In this document: piece after piece, positions 1 to 9,408 of the stretch
Layout of the letters: each line of letters opens with the position of its first letter
How positions within the stretch are numbered: position 1 is the stretch's first letter
IMG/VR virus record: IMGVR_UViG_2851966386_000003
Location: 1-49,389 of that record
Direction: 5' to 3' (one strand)
DNA: 49,389 nucleotides
Source of the DNA: a virus
Lineage: Duplodnaviria; Heunggongvirae; Uroviricota; Caudoviricetes
The notes under the pieces: model-generated
The model's input: only the letters and a program-made list of their open reading frames with translations
What the model was told of the DNA's origin: nothing
Databases searched by the model: none
Made by a program: the position numbers and the translations under genes

Positions 1-1188
1 TTGCTTACCGACACAAAATTAAGAAAAGCTCTTGGCAAAAAGAGAGACCAGATCGAGGTCATATCGGACGCTCATGGTCTGAATGTCCGGTTGTCTACTT
101 CCGGCAGTATAACATTCTTTTACCGCTACAGATGGAACGGGAAAGCCGCTCAGCTAACGATTGGCGATTATCCCACCACCTCCTTATCTCAAGCTCGCGA
201 ACGTAGACAGCAGTTCAGGGCGTGGTTGACAGAAGGACTCGATCCGAGACGGCAAACAGTTCTGGAGAAACAGAAAAAAGTCGAAGCGCTCACCGTTAAA
301 GAGGCTTTCGATTACTGGGAAAAGTATTACTGCATCCCTGAAGGTCTTGTGAAAATCAAGGTTAACCGACGGGACTTCAATAACCATATAGCGCCTGTGC
401 TGGGGAACATGATTGTTGATCAGACCACTAAAGCGCACTGGCTTAACCTTTTTGATGGCATGGGGCGAAGAGTTGTCACTGGTCAGATGCTTGGGCTGAT
501 GCAGCGTACGTTCCGTTTTTGCTCCAATCGAGGGGTAATTAATGTGAACCCAATTGAGAGCCTTAGGCGCTCTGACGTAGGTCTCACAGCATCCGTAAAA
601 GATCGCAGATTGAGTGATGAGGAAATCAAAACAGTTTGGAATATCCTTCCTGAATTGAAGTACAGACAACAGCTGATAATGAAGTTTCTCATCATGACTG
701 GCTGCCGGAGTACAGAGATCAGGACAGCAAGATGGGAGTGGTTCGATTTCCATGAGCAAACGTGGACCATTCCGGCAAGCGATTATAAAACCGGGAAATC
801 GGTCAGAAGGGCACTTCCCGAGGCAGTAGTAAGAATGATGTTAGCAGAGAAGGAAACGTCAGTTTCAAAACACGTTGTGACGCTGTCACGCTACAGAGGG
901 CCAGAAGATGACAGACCGCCACTACAACCAAACGTCGCTCTGTTTTCTGCTCAGATTATAGCTAAAACAGGCATGAAACCTTGGTCTCTCCATGACCTCA
1001 GGCGAACAGTGGCGACACGCCTTTCTGAATTAGGTGCGCCGCCACATGTTGTGGAAAAACTGCTTGGCCATCATATGGCAGGTGTCATGGCACGTTATAA
1101 CCTGCATGATTATCTGGATGATCAGCGTCACTGGCTTGCTGTTTGGCAGGATCACCTTGAGAAGCTGGTTGGTCAGCCTCTGGTTTGA
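1..1188 (+). CDS. int: Tyrosine integrase, P4-like family (start at or just beyond window edge)
   Basis: ORF 1..1188; C-terminal tyrosine-recombinase motifs (HDLRRT...LLGHH...ARYNLHDY) and N-terminal P4-int-like region; ORF opens with TTG at position 1 so true start uncertain. Confidence 0.85.
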   Translation: MLTDTKLRKALGKKRDQIEVISDAHGLNVRLSTSGSITFFYRYRWNGKAAQLTIGDYPTTSLSQARERRQQFRAWLTEGLDPRRQTVLEKQKKVEALTVKEAFDYWEKYYCIPEGLVKIKVNRRDFNNHIAPVLGNMIVDQTTKAHWLNLFDGMGRRVVTGQMLGLMQRTFRFCSNRGVINVNPIESLRRSDVGLTASVKDRRLSDEEIKTVWNILPELKYRQQLIMKFLIMTGCRSTEIRTARWEWFDFHEQTWTIPASDYKTGKSVRRALPEAVVRMMLAEKETSVSKHVVTLSRYRGPEDDRPPLQPNVALFSAQIIAKTGMKPWSLHDLRRTVATRLSELGAPPHVVEKLLGHHMAGVMARYNLHDYLDDQRHWLAVWQDHLEKLVGQPLV

Positions 1189-1399
1189 TCCCCACGTTAT
1201 CTTCCCAGGCCAACAAGTCTGAAAGTCTCCACCTTTTAGGGCTGCCATTTATTTTAGGCTGCGGGAATGGCTGAGCAAAGTACGAGGGCATCCGGGATGG
1301 GGTGCTCCAGAAATAAAGTGTGCTGCGCGATATTTTGTATCTGGACAGAACGTCATCGGTTATCAAAATTTCATCTGATTTATGAGATGTATTAGTCAT
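1085..1399 (-). CDS. AlpA/Xis-like DNA-binding protein (putative excisionase/regulator)
   Basis: 104-aa ORF with AlpA-type signature (ISRSTLYFW...KRWRLSDLLAWE); convergent 3' overlap with int. Confidence 0.6.
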   Translation of the reverse strand: MTNTSHKSDEILITDDVLSRYKISRSTLYFWSTPSRMPSYFAQPFPQPKINGSPKRWRLSDLLAWEDNVGIKPEADQPASQGDPAKQQASDADHPDNHAGYNVP

Positions 1400-1408
1400 A
1401 AAAACCCC

Positions 1409-1648
1409 TTAGTTACATTGTCCAGGCAGATGGTGTAGCCGGCGCGCGCAGCTCATGGCTGTGGCCACATAGCTACTTTTTCTGTTAACAACTTCTACAG
1501 TGATCTTTGAGCCTTGAACCACCACCGTATAAGTTCTCTTCGTTTTCTGTCGCCCGTAAGCTCCATAAAGCTCAATGTGTTTTGCCAGCGCGGCATCGCA
1601 CGCCTGGCGGCCCAGAGGGGAGTGTCTGCTTCGGTTAATCAATCGCAT
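1409..1648 (-). CDS. Hypothetical small protein (79 aa)
   Basis: ORF 1409..1654; second Met at 1648 is preceded by AAGGA at ~6 nt spacing; sits between alpA-like and recT. Confidence 0.35.
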   Translation of the reverse strand: MRLINRSRHSPLGRQACDAALAKHIELYGAYGRQKTKRTYTVVVQGSKITVEVVNRKSSYVATAMSCARRLHHLPGQCN

Positions 1649-1688
1649 ATACATTCCTTTATCGGGAGAGTTTCCTCTCCCGATCTGG

Positions 1689-2804
1689 TTAGCCCACGTA
1701 TTCCGGTTTCATGTCGTCCAGGGTGATGCGGAACTGGTCATAAAGTTCATCACCGAGGTGGCGTTTCGCGCCGTTGAGAATGCCTTCAGCTTTAGCAAAC
1801 AGTTCGACGGCTTCCCGTTCTCCGGGATTAGGTAGAGAGTTGATCGCGGCCTCAACTTTGTTTCTGGCGTCAACCATGAAATAACGCTGCACGGCTTTAC
1901 CTTTCAGCTCGGTGAAGAGAACAGTGCCCAGCACAGCTTTCTCTTTATCCAGATCCGCCCTGATGGCTTTTGCTGCATCGACCGATTCGGCGCGCTCAAT
2001 GCGGTCACGGAAATCATCTGCCAGGGAATCAATATTGAGAGCTGAATCCTGCGCGCTTGTGGTGATGTCTGTTCCGCTGGTGATCTCTGCCACAGACATT
2101 CTTTGCGCCGGCGTCGGGTTTATTTCTCGCTCGGTCCTTTGTTCAACCTCATCCGGGCTGTAAACACCCAGGATGACTTCCGGGCAATACAGCCGCGCCC
2201 AGTATTTGACGCCCAGATAAGCGATTTGCTGTTTCGGGTTAGAAACCCACAAAGGAGAATTACGTGTGACGACTCCAGAGAGATAAAGTGGCTCCCCCCA
2301 GGTGATTTCCGATTCACCGCGCAGAATCGCGCCGACCTGGACGAATAACCCGATTTCGTCCTCATCTGTCCAGCCTCGTACACGCTCGGTGACATTGTAT
2401 TTCCCGTTTTTGCCGTGCTTTTCCCGGGTGACCTCTTGAGTCCTGGTGCAGCGCTCCCAGTCGCCTCCGTAACGATAGTGAAAGCGGCCATGAATGGCGC
2501 TTGAGCTGGCGATTACCGCATTGACCAATTGGGCTTCATACCCAAGCACACCGTTTACCAGATGCGTTTTTTGCGCTACTGCGTAGGGATTCATGCCCCA
2601 TTGCATTGCCTGCATAACGATCGCCATGCAATCGGCTGGTTTACCCGCGAGGTGTGCAGGTACCGTCACCTGAGAATCTGCCATCAGGTTTGCAAATGCC
2701 GTTAGCTGGCCGAGCGCCTGCACGTTGAAGATGGCGTTACTGGCAGAAATGGTATTTGGAGCCTGTTGCTCAGTGGTAACAATATTGGTGTTTTCCATCG
2801 TCAT
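1689..2804 (-). CDS. recT: RecT/Bet-family single-strand annealing protein
   Basis: 371-aa ORF; central region resembles RecT/Bet SSAPs; immediately downstream of recE-like gene; AAGGGG SD upstream, alternative start at 2798. Confidence 0.8.
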   Translation of the reverse strand: MTMENTNIVTTEQQAPNTISASNAIFNVQALGQLTAFANLMADSQVTVPAHLAGKPADCMAIVMQAMQWGMNPYAVAQKTHLVNGVLGYEAQLVNAVIASSSAIHGRFHYRYGGDWERCTRTQEVTREKHGKNGKYNVTERVRGWTDEDEIGLFVQVGAILRGESEITWGEPLYLSGVVTRNSPLWVSNPKQQIAYLGVKYWARLYCPEVILGVYSPDEVEQRTEREINPTPAQRMSVAEITSGTDITTSAQDSALNIDSLADDFRDRIERAESVDAAKAIRADLDKEKAVLGTVLFTELKGKAVQRYFMVDARNKVEAAINSLPNPGEREAVELFAKAEGILNGAKRHLGDELYDQFRITLDDMKPEYVG

Positions 2805-2810
2805 ATCCCC

Positions 2811-5800
2811 TTATGCCTGTACGCGCAGCGCTTCGAGACGGCGCATATCAAAATCGTTAAGTTCTTCGGTGTAGTCTTCGGTAATCGGCGCCGGCCATTC
2901 GCCAGTGTCAAAACCGTTCGCGATGGCACGCATTGCTTTGCGATATTCCAGCATGCCGAGTTCCAGCAGTTCTTCGGATGCCTCGATGATGGCGATCCAG
3001 TGGTAGTTCTCGTCTTTGTTGACGAATATCCAGAAGAACTGGTCAAGGGCTGCGGTTTCGCAGTACATAGCCGCGCTCAGGTGGTAATCGCGCTCGATGA
3101 TTTCCCGGTGCAATTTGGCGCGCAGGCCTTCCTGCTTGATGTTCCACATGCTGATGGTTTTAAGGTCCGCACCGATGCGCAGGCCGCCCATGTCAATCTC
3201 AAGGTCAGGACGCACACGAACTTCCAGCCCGGTTTCCTCATCAATGCCGAAATAGCTCACCTCGACGGCACGGCTCGGGTGCGTCAACAACTTGCCGGCG
3301 GTCGGGTGGTTCAACAGTGCTTTCTGAATGGCAAGTGCCGTAGCCAGCTGCTGGCGGGTTACCAGCACTTTTCCTTCAGGGTTTTCGCGCCATGCATCCA
3401 GCAACTCATCGGCAAACACGGCATCCGGTTTAACCGATTTCACGGCCTGAATCAGATCCGCCTTAGTACCTGATACTTTCAGCGGCTGCGCCTTCTGTGC
3501 ATCCTGCGCAACCATGTCAGGATTAATAAGTGCCAGCTGTTCCAGTAAGGCATCGCGGCTACCGCTGGTTTTCACCTGGGCGGGCATGGTCGCGTTGTAT
3601 TCCTTGATGCATGCCTTCATAGCGGTGGCAGTTTGCTTCTGTCCGTCTTCAATGCGCTGGAACTCAGCAGGTAAAGACATATAACCTTGGCCGGTTTCTT
3701 CAACTGATGTACCCAAAGGAACCTGGGCGGGCAGGGTCGCGTTGTATTCCTCCAGGAATCTCTTGATGTCATCTGCGCTGAGCAAAACCGGAAGCCCGTT
3801 GTTGTACTCGTCGATAAACGCACGGATCGTCGCAGTCGTGGTGAATGCGCCTTCCGGGATTTCGGGCTCGATGCTGAATTCTTTTTCCAGTTGATCAGGT
3901 TGCAGCGCCAGTGCATGCACTAGATTTCCCATATCCAGAACAGGGGAGCGTACCTTCTGGATGGTCTTGGATACGTGGCGCGCCTCGAAATACATCAGCG
4001 ATACCCGGGCATCTTTAACCATCGTGGAGCTGATGCCGTTAGCGGCGTGGTAGACCTCATTTGGCACGCCTTCATATCGACCAGGCTCGAAATACTCCGG
4101 CCATGCTGGCGCTGCATGTTCAGCCTCTTCCTCTACATCGCTATGAGCACTCTCGGAAACCTGGCTTTTCAGCACTTCGGCGGTAAGATCCGGGCAGCGT
4201 TCAGCCAGTATTTTGCTCATGTTCACGGCAGTTGTTTGCGCAGGAGGCTCATCAGCGCCTTTGCCTGCTGATACCGCATTATCATTTTCGTCTTCGACCG
4301 GCTGAGCCGTTTCCATCTGCACATCGCTGGTGGTTTCCCCGGAATTAGCTGGATGTAATTTTTCTTCTGCAGCGCGCTGGCGCGCCTGGTCCACGATAGA
4401 AAGTGCTGGTGCTGGTGCTGGTGCTGGTGCTGGTGCTGGCTGGCTATCCATCAGACCATCAATCGAAAAAACACCATTGCCCATGTTTGAAACTTCAGGC
4501 TGTTTGGGCTTGGTCAGGTCTTCGGTTATCCACTTCGGATCCGTGGGGTCACTGATACCTTCGACATATTCACCACGTTCGGCGGCCAGAACCTGATTAG
4601 CGTCAGGACGTTTCTTTTGAGCTTCTTTCACCAGTTCGGTGCCAATTACCTGAAAGTCAGTTGGGATAGTTTCCAGGTCAGGTACACCTTCATCTCCATC
4701 GATAGCCTTTTTCACAGCGTCCAGAGTGACGGCGGCAGATGAAACATGACCAGCTTTCTCAAGCGTCTCAGCAGAAGGGGCGTCATGCTTATGCTCGGTC
4801 AGGTTCGCATTGATATAGGTCTGCAGACTTACCGGGAAATGATGAATATCGCTGGTGGCGCCACGAATAAGGGCAAAAATGGCGGCGCGGGAATAATCCA
4901 GGATGCCTGCAACCTTGCGCAGCGCTGCAGACCATTCCTTGAACGGACTTTCTTTCTTCTGGACGATCTCTTTGGCCCGGCGGTGAATTGATGCCGGGAA
5001 ATTGTAGATATCGAAATCCATTGGCATTGTGGCCAGGGCTATTTCTACATCGAGCGTATCAAGGGTATGGGTGTAGTCAGGGTTGCGATCGGTTTTATTA
5101 CTGCCGCCAGCATTCGTAACTGCATCGGTTTTCATAACTGAAGAAATGTAGTTACCGGCAGCCCATTCCCTGGTGAGAATGCCGCGGTCGATCGCGTTCG
5201 TGGCGAACCACAACTTTGCAAACTGAATACGTTTGCCGAGCTCATGCCGTTTCCCTTCCGGGAAGACTTTTTTATTGGCGCTGGTGAATTTCCAGAGCGC
5301 CGGCATATCGTATTTTTTGATTTCATGGACATTCTCGGCGGCCAGAATCAGGTCCTGAACGGCTGCGTTATCAGTGTCCATTTCAAGAACTGACAGCTCC
5401 TGCCGGTGAGGCATGCTGATATGATAAACGTGGCGTTCTTCGGCCATATACTGCGCCAGCAGCTGGGTGCGAAAGGGGAGTTCTGCCACGTTAAAAAGCG
5501 CGCTTGAATCGTTCTGGTATTCATCGCTACCGAAAGTTTCCACGGTCTCACCTTGTGCCGCGTCGACAGTGGTATAGGCATCAACCGGCTCGCCAGTAAC
5601 GGCCCCAGAGGTTACTCCGGCATCATCGTGATGAACATCAGCAGGCGCCTGTCCTGGCTTCAAAGTCCAGGTGCGGCCATCGTCGCCGAGCTGGTAGCGT
5701 TCGCACCATGAGTAATCGAGAACACCCTCCGCCGGCAGGTCGTTGAATACCGGGAAATCGGTGCGAATAGGTTTTTGATAGTCTTTGCCGCGGCCTGTTT

Positions 5801-5930
5801 CGATCCCAGCGTCTTCCAGATCGACGTCGAGCTGCAGTAGGGCGCGAGCTTCTGATTTATTAGTGCGCCAGATTACGGCATCAGCTTTACCCGATTTTTG
5901 AGTCGCTTTTATCAGATAAAAATATTCCAT
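2811..5930 (-). CDS. recE: RecE-like exodeoxyribonuclease VIII
   Basis: ORF 2811..5996; N-terminal region aligns by eye with E. coli RecE (FPVFNDLPAEGVLDYSWCERYQL...WTLKPGQAP); start moved to ATG 5930 preceded by AGAGG SD. Confidence 0.8.
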   Translation of the reverse strand: MEYFYLIKATQKSGKADAVIWRTNKSEARALLQLDVDLEDAGIETGRGKDYQKPIRTDFPVFNDLPAEGVLDYSWCERYQLGDDGRTWTLKPGQAPADVHHDDAGVTSGAVTGEPVDAYTTVDAAQGETVETFGSDEYQNDSSALFNVAELPFRTQLLAQYMAEERHVYHISMPHRQELSVLEMDTDNAAVQDLILAAENVHEIKKYDMPALWKFTSANKKVFPEGKRHELGKRIQFAKLWFATNAIDRGILTREWAAGNYISSVMKTDAVTNAGGSNKTDRNPDYTHTLDTLDVEIALATMPMDFDIYNFPASIHRRAKEIVQKKESPFKEWSAALRKVAGILDYSRAAIFALIRGATSDIHHFPVSLQTYINANLTEHKHDAPSAETLEKAGHVSSAAVTLDAVKKAIDGDEGVPDLETIPTDFQVIGTELVKEAQKKRPDANQVLAAERGEYVEGISDPTDPKWITEDLTKPKQPEVSNMGNGVFSIDGLMDSQPAPAPAPAPAPALSIVDQARQRAAEEKLHPANSGETTSDVQMETAQPVEDENDNAVSAGKGADEPPAQTTAVNMSKILAERCPDLTAEVLKSQVSESAHSDVEEEAEHAAPAWPEYFEPGRYEGVPNEVYHAANGISSTMVKDARVSLMYFEARHVSKTIQKVRSPVLDMGNLVHALALQPDQLEKEFSIEPEIPEGAFTTTATIRAFIDEYNNGLPVLLSADDIKRFLEEYNATLPAQVPLGTSVEETGQGYMSLPAEFQRIEDGQKQTATAMKACIKEYNATMPAQVKTSGSRDALLEQLALINPDMVAQDAQKAQPLKVSGTKADLIQAVKSVKPDAVFADELLDAWRENPEGKVLVTRQQLATALAIQKALLNHPTAGKLLTHPSRAVEVSYFGIDEETGLEVRVRPDLEIDMGGLRIGADLKTISMWNIKQEGLRAKLHREIIERDYHLSAAMYCETAALDQFFWIFVNKDENYHWIAIIEASEELLELGMLEYRKAMRAIANGFDTGEWPAPITEDYTEELNDFDMRRLEALRVQA
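4405..4440. repeat. (GCTGGT)x6 tandem hexanucleotide repeat inside recE, encoding (PA)n linker on minus strand
   Basis: gctggtgctggtgctggtgctggtgctggtgctggc read directly; minus-strand translation PAPAPAPAPAPA. Confidence 0.9.
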
Positions 5931-6067
5931 GTGATAGCCTCTATTTTGGATGTAAAATCCCCAGGGCCATTGGTAGCGCCCATTCAGGGTGGTCATTGGT
6001 TTTGGTAATTTCCGGTGTAACTTTGGTCGGTGGCACCGGACGTACAGCCCGCTTCGGCGGGTTTACG

Positions 6068-6223
6068 TTAGCCCTCGTGAGCCATCTGGTCGTGAGAAGC
6101 GCAACGTTCAGAGCAATACTCTTTTTCTTTCCGTGCGAGCTGGTTCCCCTGGAGGTACAACAGGGTGCTTACCACTGGTTTTCCCTCAATTGCTTTGCGG
6201 CAATAACCGCATTTCTTCTGCAT
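6068..6223 (-). CDS. Small Cys4 zinc-ribbon-like protein (51 aa), below ORF-track cutoff
   Basis: Manual minus-strand translation MQKKCGYCRKAIEGKPVVSTLLYLQGNQLARKEKEYCSERCASHDQMAHEG; CxxC...CxxxC pattern; weak SD. Confidence 0.35.
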   Translation of the reverse strand: MQKKCGYCRKAIEGKPVVSTLLYLQGNQLARKEKEYCSERCASHDQMAHEG

Positions 6224-6231
6224 TCTTCCGC

Positions 6232-6444
6232 CTACATTTGCACCGTGAACCCGGCCGGATGCTCGTCAAGTACACCTTTCAGCGGATAACATTCAGCTTT
6301 CACGTGTTGCTCTTCTGCAGCTGCCTTGCAGTCATTCTCAGTGTCGTAAACGCCGAGCAGGACATCCTGATTACCGCCCGTCAGCATGCTGACGGTGAGA
6401 ACCAGGGCGAATAGGCTTCCAGTCATAAAGTACCTGTTAACCAT
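6232..6444 (-). CDS. Small secreted/exported protein (signal-peptide-like N-terminus)
   Basis: 70-aa ORF; hydrophobic N-terminus MTGSLFALVLTVSMLTGG followed by polar region with two Cys; start ambiguous (6444 or 6426). Confidence 0.35.
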   Translation of the reverse strand: MVNRYFMTGSLFALVLTVSMLTGGNQDVLLGVYDTENDCKAAAEEQHVKAECYPLKGVLDEHPAGFTVQM

Positions 6445-6565
6445 TCGTAGGTTGCTGATTCAATGACTACTTCCTGATTGTCAGCGTCACATGGAGTTTC
6501 TTCTCCCTGAACCTCATAAATACAAAGCAGGTCTATGACCTGCACATCCCTATATTTTTTAACCA

Positions 6566-6661
6566 TTAGAGAATCTCCCACAGTGCGCTGAAGAGCGCGA
6601 TCCAGATGAAGAGCCCAATAACTGCCGAAATGACCATGGCTCTGATGCCTTGTTTGCTCAT
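6566..6661 (-). CDS. Small hydrophobic membrane peptide (31 aa)
   Basis: Internal Met of ORF 6566..6748 preceded by AGAGG SD at 6 nt; product MSKQGIRAMVISAVIGLFIWIALFSALWEIL is a single TM helix. Confidence 0.3.
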   Translation of the reverse strand: MSKQGIRAMVISAVIGLFIWIALFSALWEIL

Positions 6662-6849
6662 TTCAACCTCTGCCTTGTCGCCGGCCAGCGGAACGTTTAC
6701 CACCTGACAACAATGCGTTTGTTGTCGATGTGATAAATGATGCAACATAAAGTTTCGGTTGTAAAGGTGAGTATGAAAGTATTTATTTCGCTAACGGGCA
6801 AAAAAAATGGCACCGCAAAGGTGCCATTGGTTGGAGGGGGTTACGTTTT

Positions 6850-7263
6850 CTATTTTTTTTGATTGTTTATGAGGTCGTAGACGTCGTTCTTAAGCAACTC
6901 GATATCGTGCAGGACACCTTTGGTGTGAAGGATAAGACGCAACTTTTCGGACTCAGGAAGTTGGTTAAAGAGCGAGAGTATCATTAGCTCCTTTTCGTCC
7001 AGGTCACGATTTGATGATAACGTCTGATCAGGCTTATCATCAGTTTCATCTGAGGGAAGAAAGAACCAGTGCTCTGGTTTTCCTGTTGCTGCAGCAAGTC
7101 GCTTTAACCTCTCACCACTCGCAACACTTTTCCCTTTAGCCCAATTTTGCACAGCAGTGTGCGAGAGCATGACCTTCTTGGCTAGATCGGATTTATTCCA
7201 GCCATTTTCAGTCATGACTTGTTGAATTCTTTTGGCAAAAACTGGGTAAGTGATCTCATTCAT
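6850..7263 (-). CDS. XRE-family HTH repressor (CI-like, no peptidase domain)
   Basis: 137-aa ORF with HTH (SDLAKKVMLSHTAVQNWAKGK); divergent from Cro-like gene. Confidence 0.7.
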   Translation of the reverse strand: MNEITYPVFAKRIQQVMTENGWNKSDLAKKVMLSHTAVQNWAKGKSVASGERLKRLAAATGKPEHWFFLPSDETDDKPDQTLSSNRDLDEKELMILSLFNQLPESEKLRLILHTKGVLHDIELLKNDVYDLINNQKK

Positions 7264-7374
7264 AAGTGCATTTTACAACCTAAGGTTTCACTCAGCACTA
7301 AAACAATTTCTTTCATTTGTTGAAACATAAACTTTCGTCGTATATGCTTCTCTCCATCAAACCAAGGAGAGCAC
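7264..7374. promoter_or_regulatory. Divergent promoter/operator region of the immunity switch
   Basis: 111-bp intergenic region between divergent repressor and cro-like genes; palindrome TTTCAtttgtTGAAA at 7311-7325; candidate -35 TTGAAA / -10 TATATG; AAGGAGA SD before ATG 7375. Confidence 0.5.
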
Positions 7375-7605
7375 ATGAACAAAGAGACGCAACAAAAAAT
7401 CAGTAAGGCAGCATCTCGTGCCTGTATCGGAAAGCACTTTGGCATCAGCGGTCAGGCTGTTGGTAAGTGGATTTACGAGAATGGAGTGCCTCAAAAACGC
7501 ATCGTCCCACTATGCCGTTTTCTTAACTGGGAAGTAACGCCTCATGAAATTGATCCTGAGGCGTACCCAAACCCAACTGACGGCCTGCCGAAACGGGAAG
7601 GCTGA
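7375..7605 (+). CDS. Cro/YdaS-like HTH regulator
   Basis: 76-aa ORF with HTH (GISGQAVGKWIYENGVPQKR); divergent from repressor. Confidence 0.6.
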   Translation: MNKETQQKISKAASRACIGKHFGISGQAVGKWIYENGVPQKRIVPLCRFLNWEVTPHEIDPEAYPNPTDGLPKREG

Positions 7606-7607
7606 CT

Positions 7608-8144
7608 ATGCAAACACTTTCCTTTCAACAAAATACCGGAATCACCACCGGCGCACTGATAAAGCGAAATCAGCTGAGAGAGTCAGATCACGACGCTATT
7701 CGCTCTGCTGTTCGCGCCTGGGCAGCAGCTGAAGGGCAGGATGTTGTCTCGGCATACATCATCGATGAGTGGCGACAGCAGGGCGGCGAGGAGATCGCGT
7801 TTCCTGATGATATCAGCCGTGCCCGCCAGAAGCTTTTTCGCTACCTGGACAACCCTGCCGACTCTGAGCGCTATCGCGAGTACGTTCGCCTTCTTACCCC
7901 GGCAATCATGGCCGTTCTTCCACTGGAGTTCCGACATCGTCTTATGCCTCAGGACGATATTTTGTCGCGCCTGTCTTCGGCCATGAAGGAATGCGCAGAA
8001 GCAAAGCAAGCGGTGATGCTGAACGCGCCAGAGCACCAGAAACTGAAGGAGGTGAGCGAGGGAATAGCGTCGCTTTTCAGGCTAATGCCTGAGCAGACAG
8101 GAGCGCTGATGACGATCGTGAGCTCAATGCTCGGCGTGATGTAA
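7608..8144 (+). CDS. CII-like/YdaT-like regulatory protein (putative)
   Basis: 178-aa ORF tightly coupled downstream of cro-like gene; assignment by position and loose resemblance only. Confidence 0.4.
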   Translation: MQTLSFQQNTGITTGALIKRNQLRESDHDAIRSAVRAWAAAEGQDVVSAYIIDEWRQQGGEEIAFPDDISRARQKLFRYLDNPADSERYREYVRLLTPAIMAVLPLEFRHRLMPQDDILSRLSSAMKECAEAKQAVMLNAPEHQKLKEVSEGIASLFRLMPEQTGALMTIVSSMLGVM

Positions 8145-8155
8145 GCGGGGTATCC

Positions 8156-8416
8156 ATGAATCACATCGAATTTATTGAGAAGAACGTCCGCGAGGAACTT
8201 CTTCGCCAGGGCTTCACGCAAGCAGTGGCTCAGGGGGGGGCATACCAGGCGGTCGGTATGTACAAGCGGATGTCACAGGCAAGCCGAAAAGGGGGAATGT
8301 TTGACGATGTTATGCGACACGCAAAGTTATGGGCAGAGAAGCAGACCAGCGCAGCTGAACGCCGGGAAGCAAAGCGTAAAGTGCGAAAGGGCGGCGACCA
8401 GGCTGGGTTGTTCTGA
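8156..8416 (+). CDS. Hypothetical phage protein
   Basis: 86-aa ORF between regulatory genes and replication protein O. Confidence 0.4.
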   Translation: MNHIEFIEKNVREELLRQGFTQAVAQGGAYQAVGMYKRMSQASRKGGMFDDVMRHAKLWAEKQTSAAERREAKRKVRKGGDQAGLF

Positions 8417-8490
8417 AAGGGTGAAGACTGTTGTGCGCCAACACAGCCAGTCTTCGGGTGAATTAATTGGGTCAATTCACGGGATGAAGT

Positions 8491-9408
8491 ATGTCAAATA
8501 CCGCTGAAGTTATCAATTTTCCAATCAAAACCGAACTAACGGGAGGTCGCATGGCCGACCTGTCCAACGGCTATACCAGAATCGCCAATGAGATACAGAA
8601 ACTCAAACCGAGGCTGCGCATGTCCGGGCGCGAGTGGCAGTGTCTTGAGGCTGTTATCTGGCTTACCTACGGATGGAACAAAAAACAGGATCGGGTGACG
8701 AATACCGTGATTTCTGAGTTAACCGGCTTGAGTGATTCTCATGTTTCAGATGCGATAAAGCTACTCGCGGCACGGGGAATTATTTTTAGTCACAAGCATG
8801 GTGTGATGAAAACTGTCGGTATAAATACTGAGCTATCCGCCTGGATTTTGGACAAACCGAAAACGGGAAAACTCTTCCCGAAAACGGGAATTTCCTTCCC
8901 GGAATCGGGAAAAACCTTCCCGGAAACGGTAGACACCCAAGACTATAACAAAAACAATATTAAAAGATCTTCGTCTCGGAATTCTGAAGAATCCCGAAAC
9001 AAGGAAACATTGAAGTTTCTCTCTCGTCATCCAGAAGCGGTCGATGGGATTTATACCCCTGCAGGAAAATCCTGGGGAACAGCTGACGACCTCAAAGCCG
9101 CGCGATGGATTTTCGATAAAACCCTCACCGTGAATGCCTCCCTCTCAGAGCCGAACTGGGTTGAATGGGCAAATACCATCCGTCTGATGCGCATGCAGGA
9201 CAAACGCAGCCATTACGAAATTTGCGAATTGTTCAAGTGGGCCAACGAAGACAGCTTCTGGCAGAACAACATTCTGAGCCCCACCAGCCTGCGGAAACAG
9301 TGGGATCAGCTCACGACTAAACGCCTGCGCAACCATGGTCCATCCAGAAGCGCATCAGGCGCCAGTGCGCTGGACAACACAGACTGGATCAACGGGGTAC
9401 TCGAATGA
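8491..9408 (+). CDS. O: Replication initiator protein O (lambda O-like)
   Basis: N-terminus parallels lambda O (NTAEVINF...LTYGWNK...DRVT); iteron array embedded mid-gene. Confidence 0.85.
   Translation: MSNTAEVINFPIKTELTGGRMADLSNGYTRIANEIQKLKPRLRMSGREWQCLEAVIWLTYGWNKKQDRVTNTVISELTGLSDSHVSDAIKLLAARGIIFSHKHGVMKTVGINTELSAWILDKPKTGKLFPKTGISFPESGKTFPETVDTQDYNKNNIKRSSSRNSEESRNKETLKFLSRHPEAVDGIYTPAGKSWGTADDLKAARWIFDKTLTVNASLSEPNWVEWANTIRLMRMQDKRSHYEICELFKWANEDSFWQNNILSPTSLRKQWDQLTTKRLRNHGPSRSASGASALDNTDWINGVLE
8857..8975. repeat. Iteron array plus AT-rich tract inside O gene (putative phage origin)
   Basis: Repeated cccgaaaacgggaa-like units at 8857-8929 followed by AT-rich stretch caagactataacaaaaacaatattaaaag; same layout as lambda ori inside O. 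Confidence 0.6.

Noticed and set aside
1664-1683. Hairpin gggagag-tttcc-tctccc between recT stop and the next minus-strand gene, considered as a terminator
   Set aside because: No U-run on either strand; more likely an mRNA-stabilising stem or coincidental.
4405-4440. Tandem repeat considered as a CRISPR-like or iteron array
   Set aside because: 6-bp unit with no spacers, entirely inside a coding frame; a simple microsatellite.
2766-5584. Multiple ORFs antisense to or inside recE (2766..3473 +, 3617..3916 -, 3975..4271 +, 4330..4596 +, 4746..4991 +, 5132..5332 -, 5348..5584 -)
   Set aside because: All lie within the long, homology-supported recE frame; the GAGAGAGAG run in 4330..4596 is just the other-strand reading of the (PA)n repeat.
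5989-6414. Plus-strand ORFs 5989..6414 and 5996..6289 overlapping the recE start region
   Set aside because: Low-complexity translations, no SD, antisense to a better-supported minus-strand small ORF (6068..6223) and the recE 5' end.
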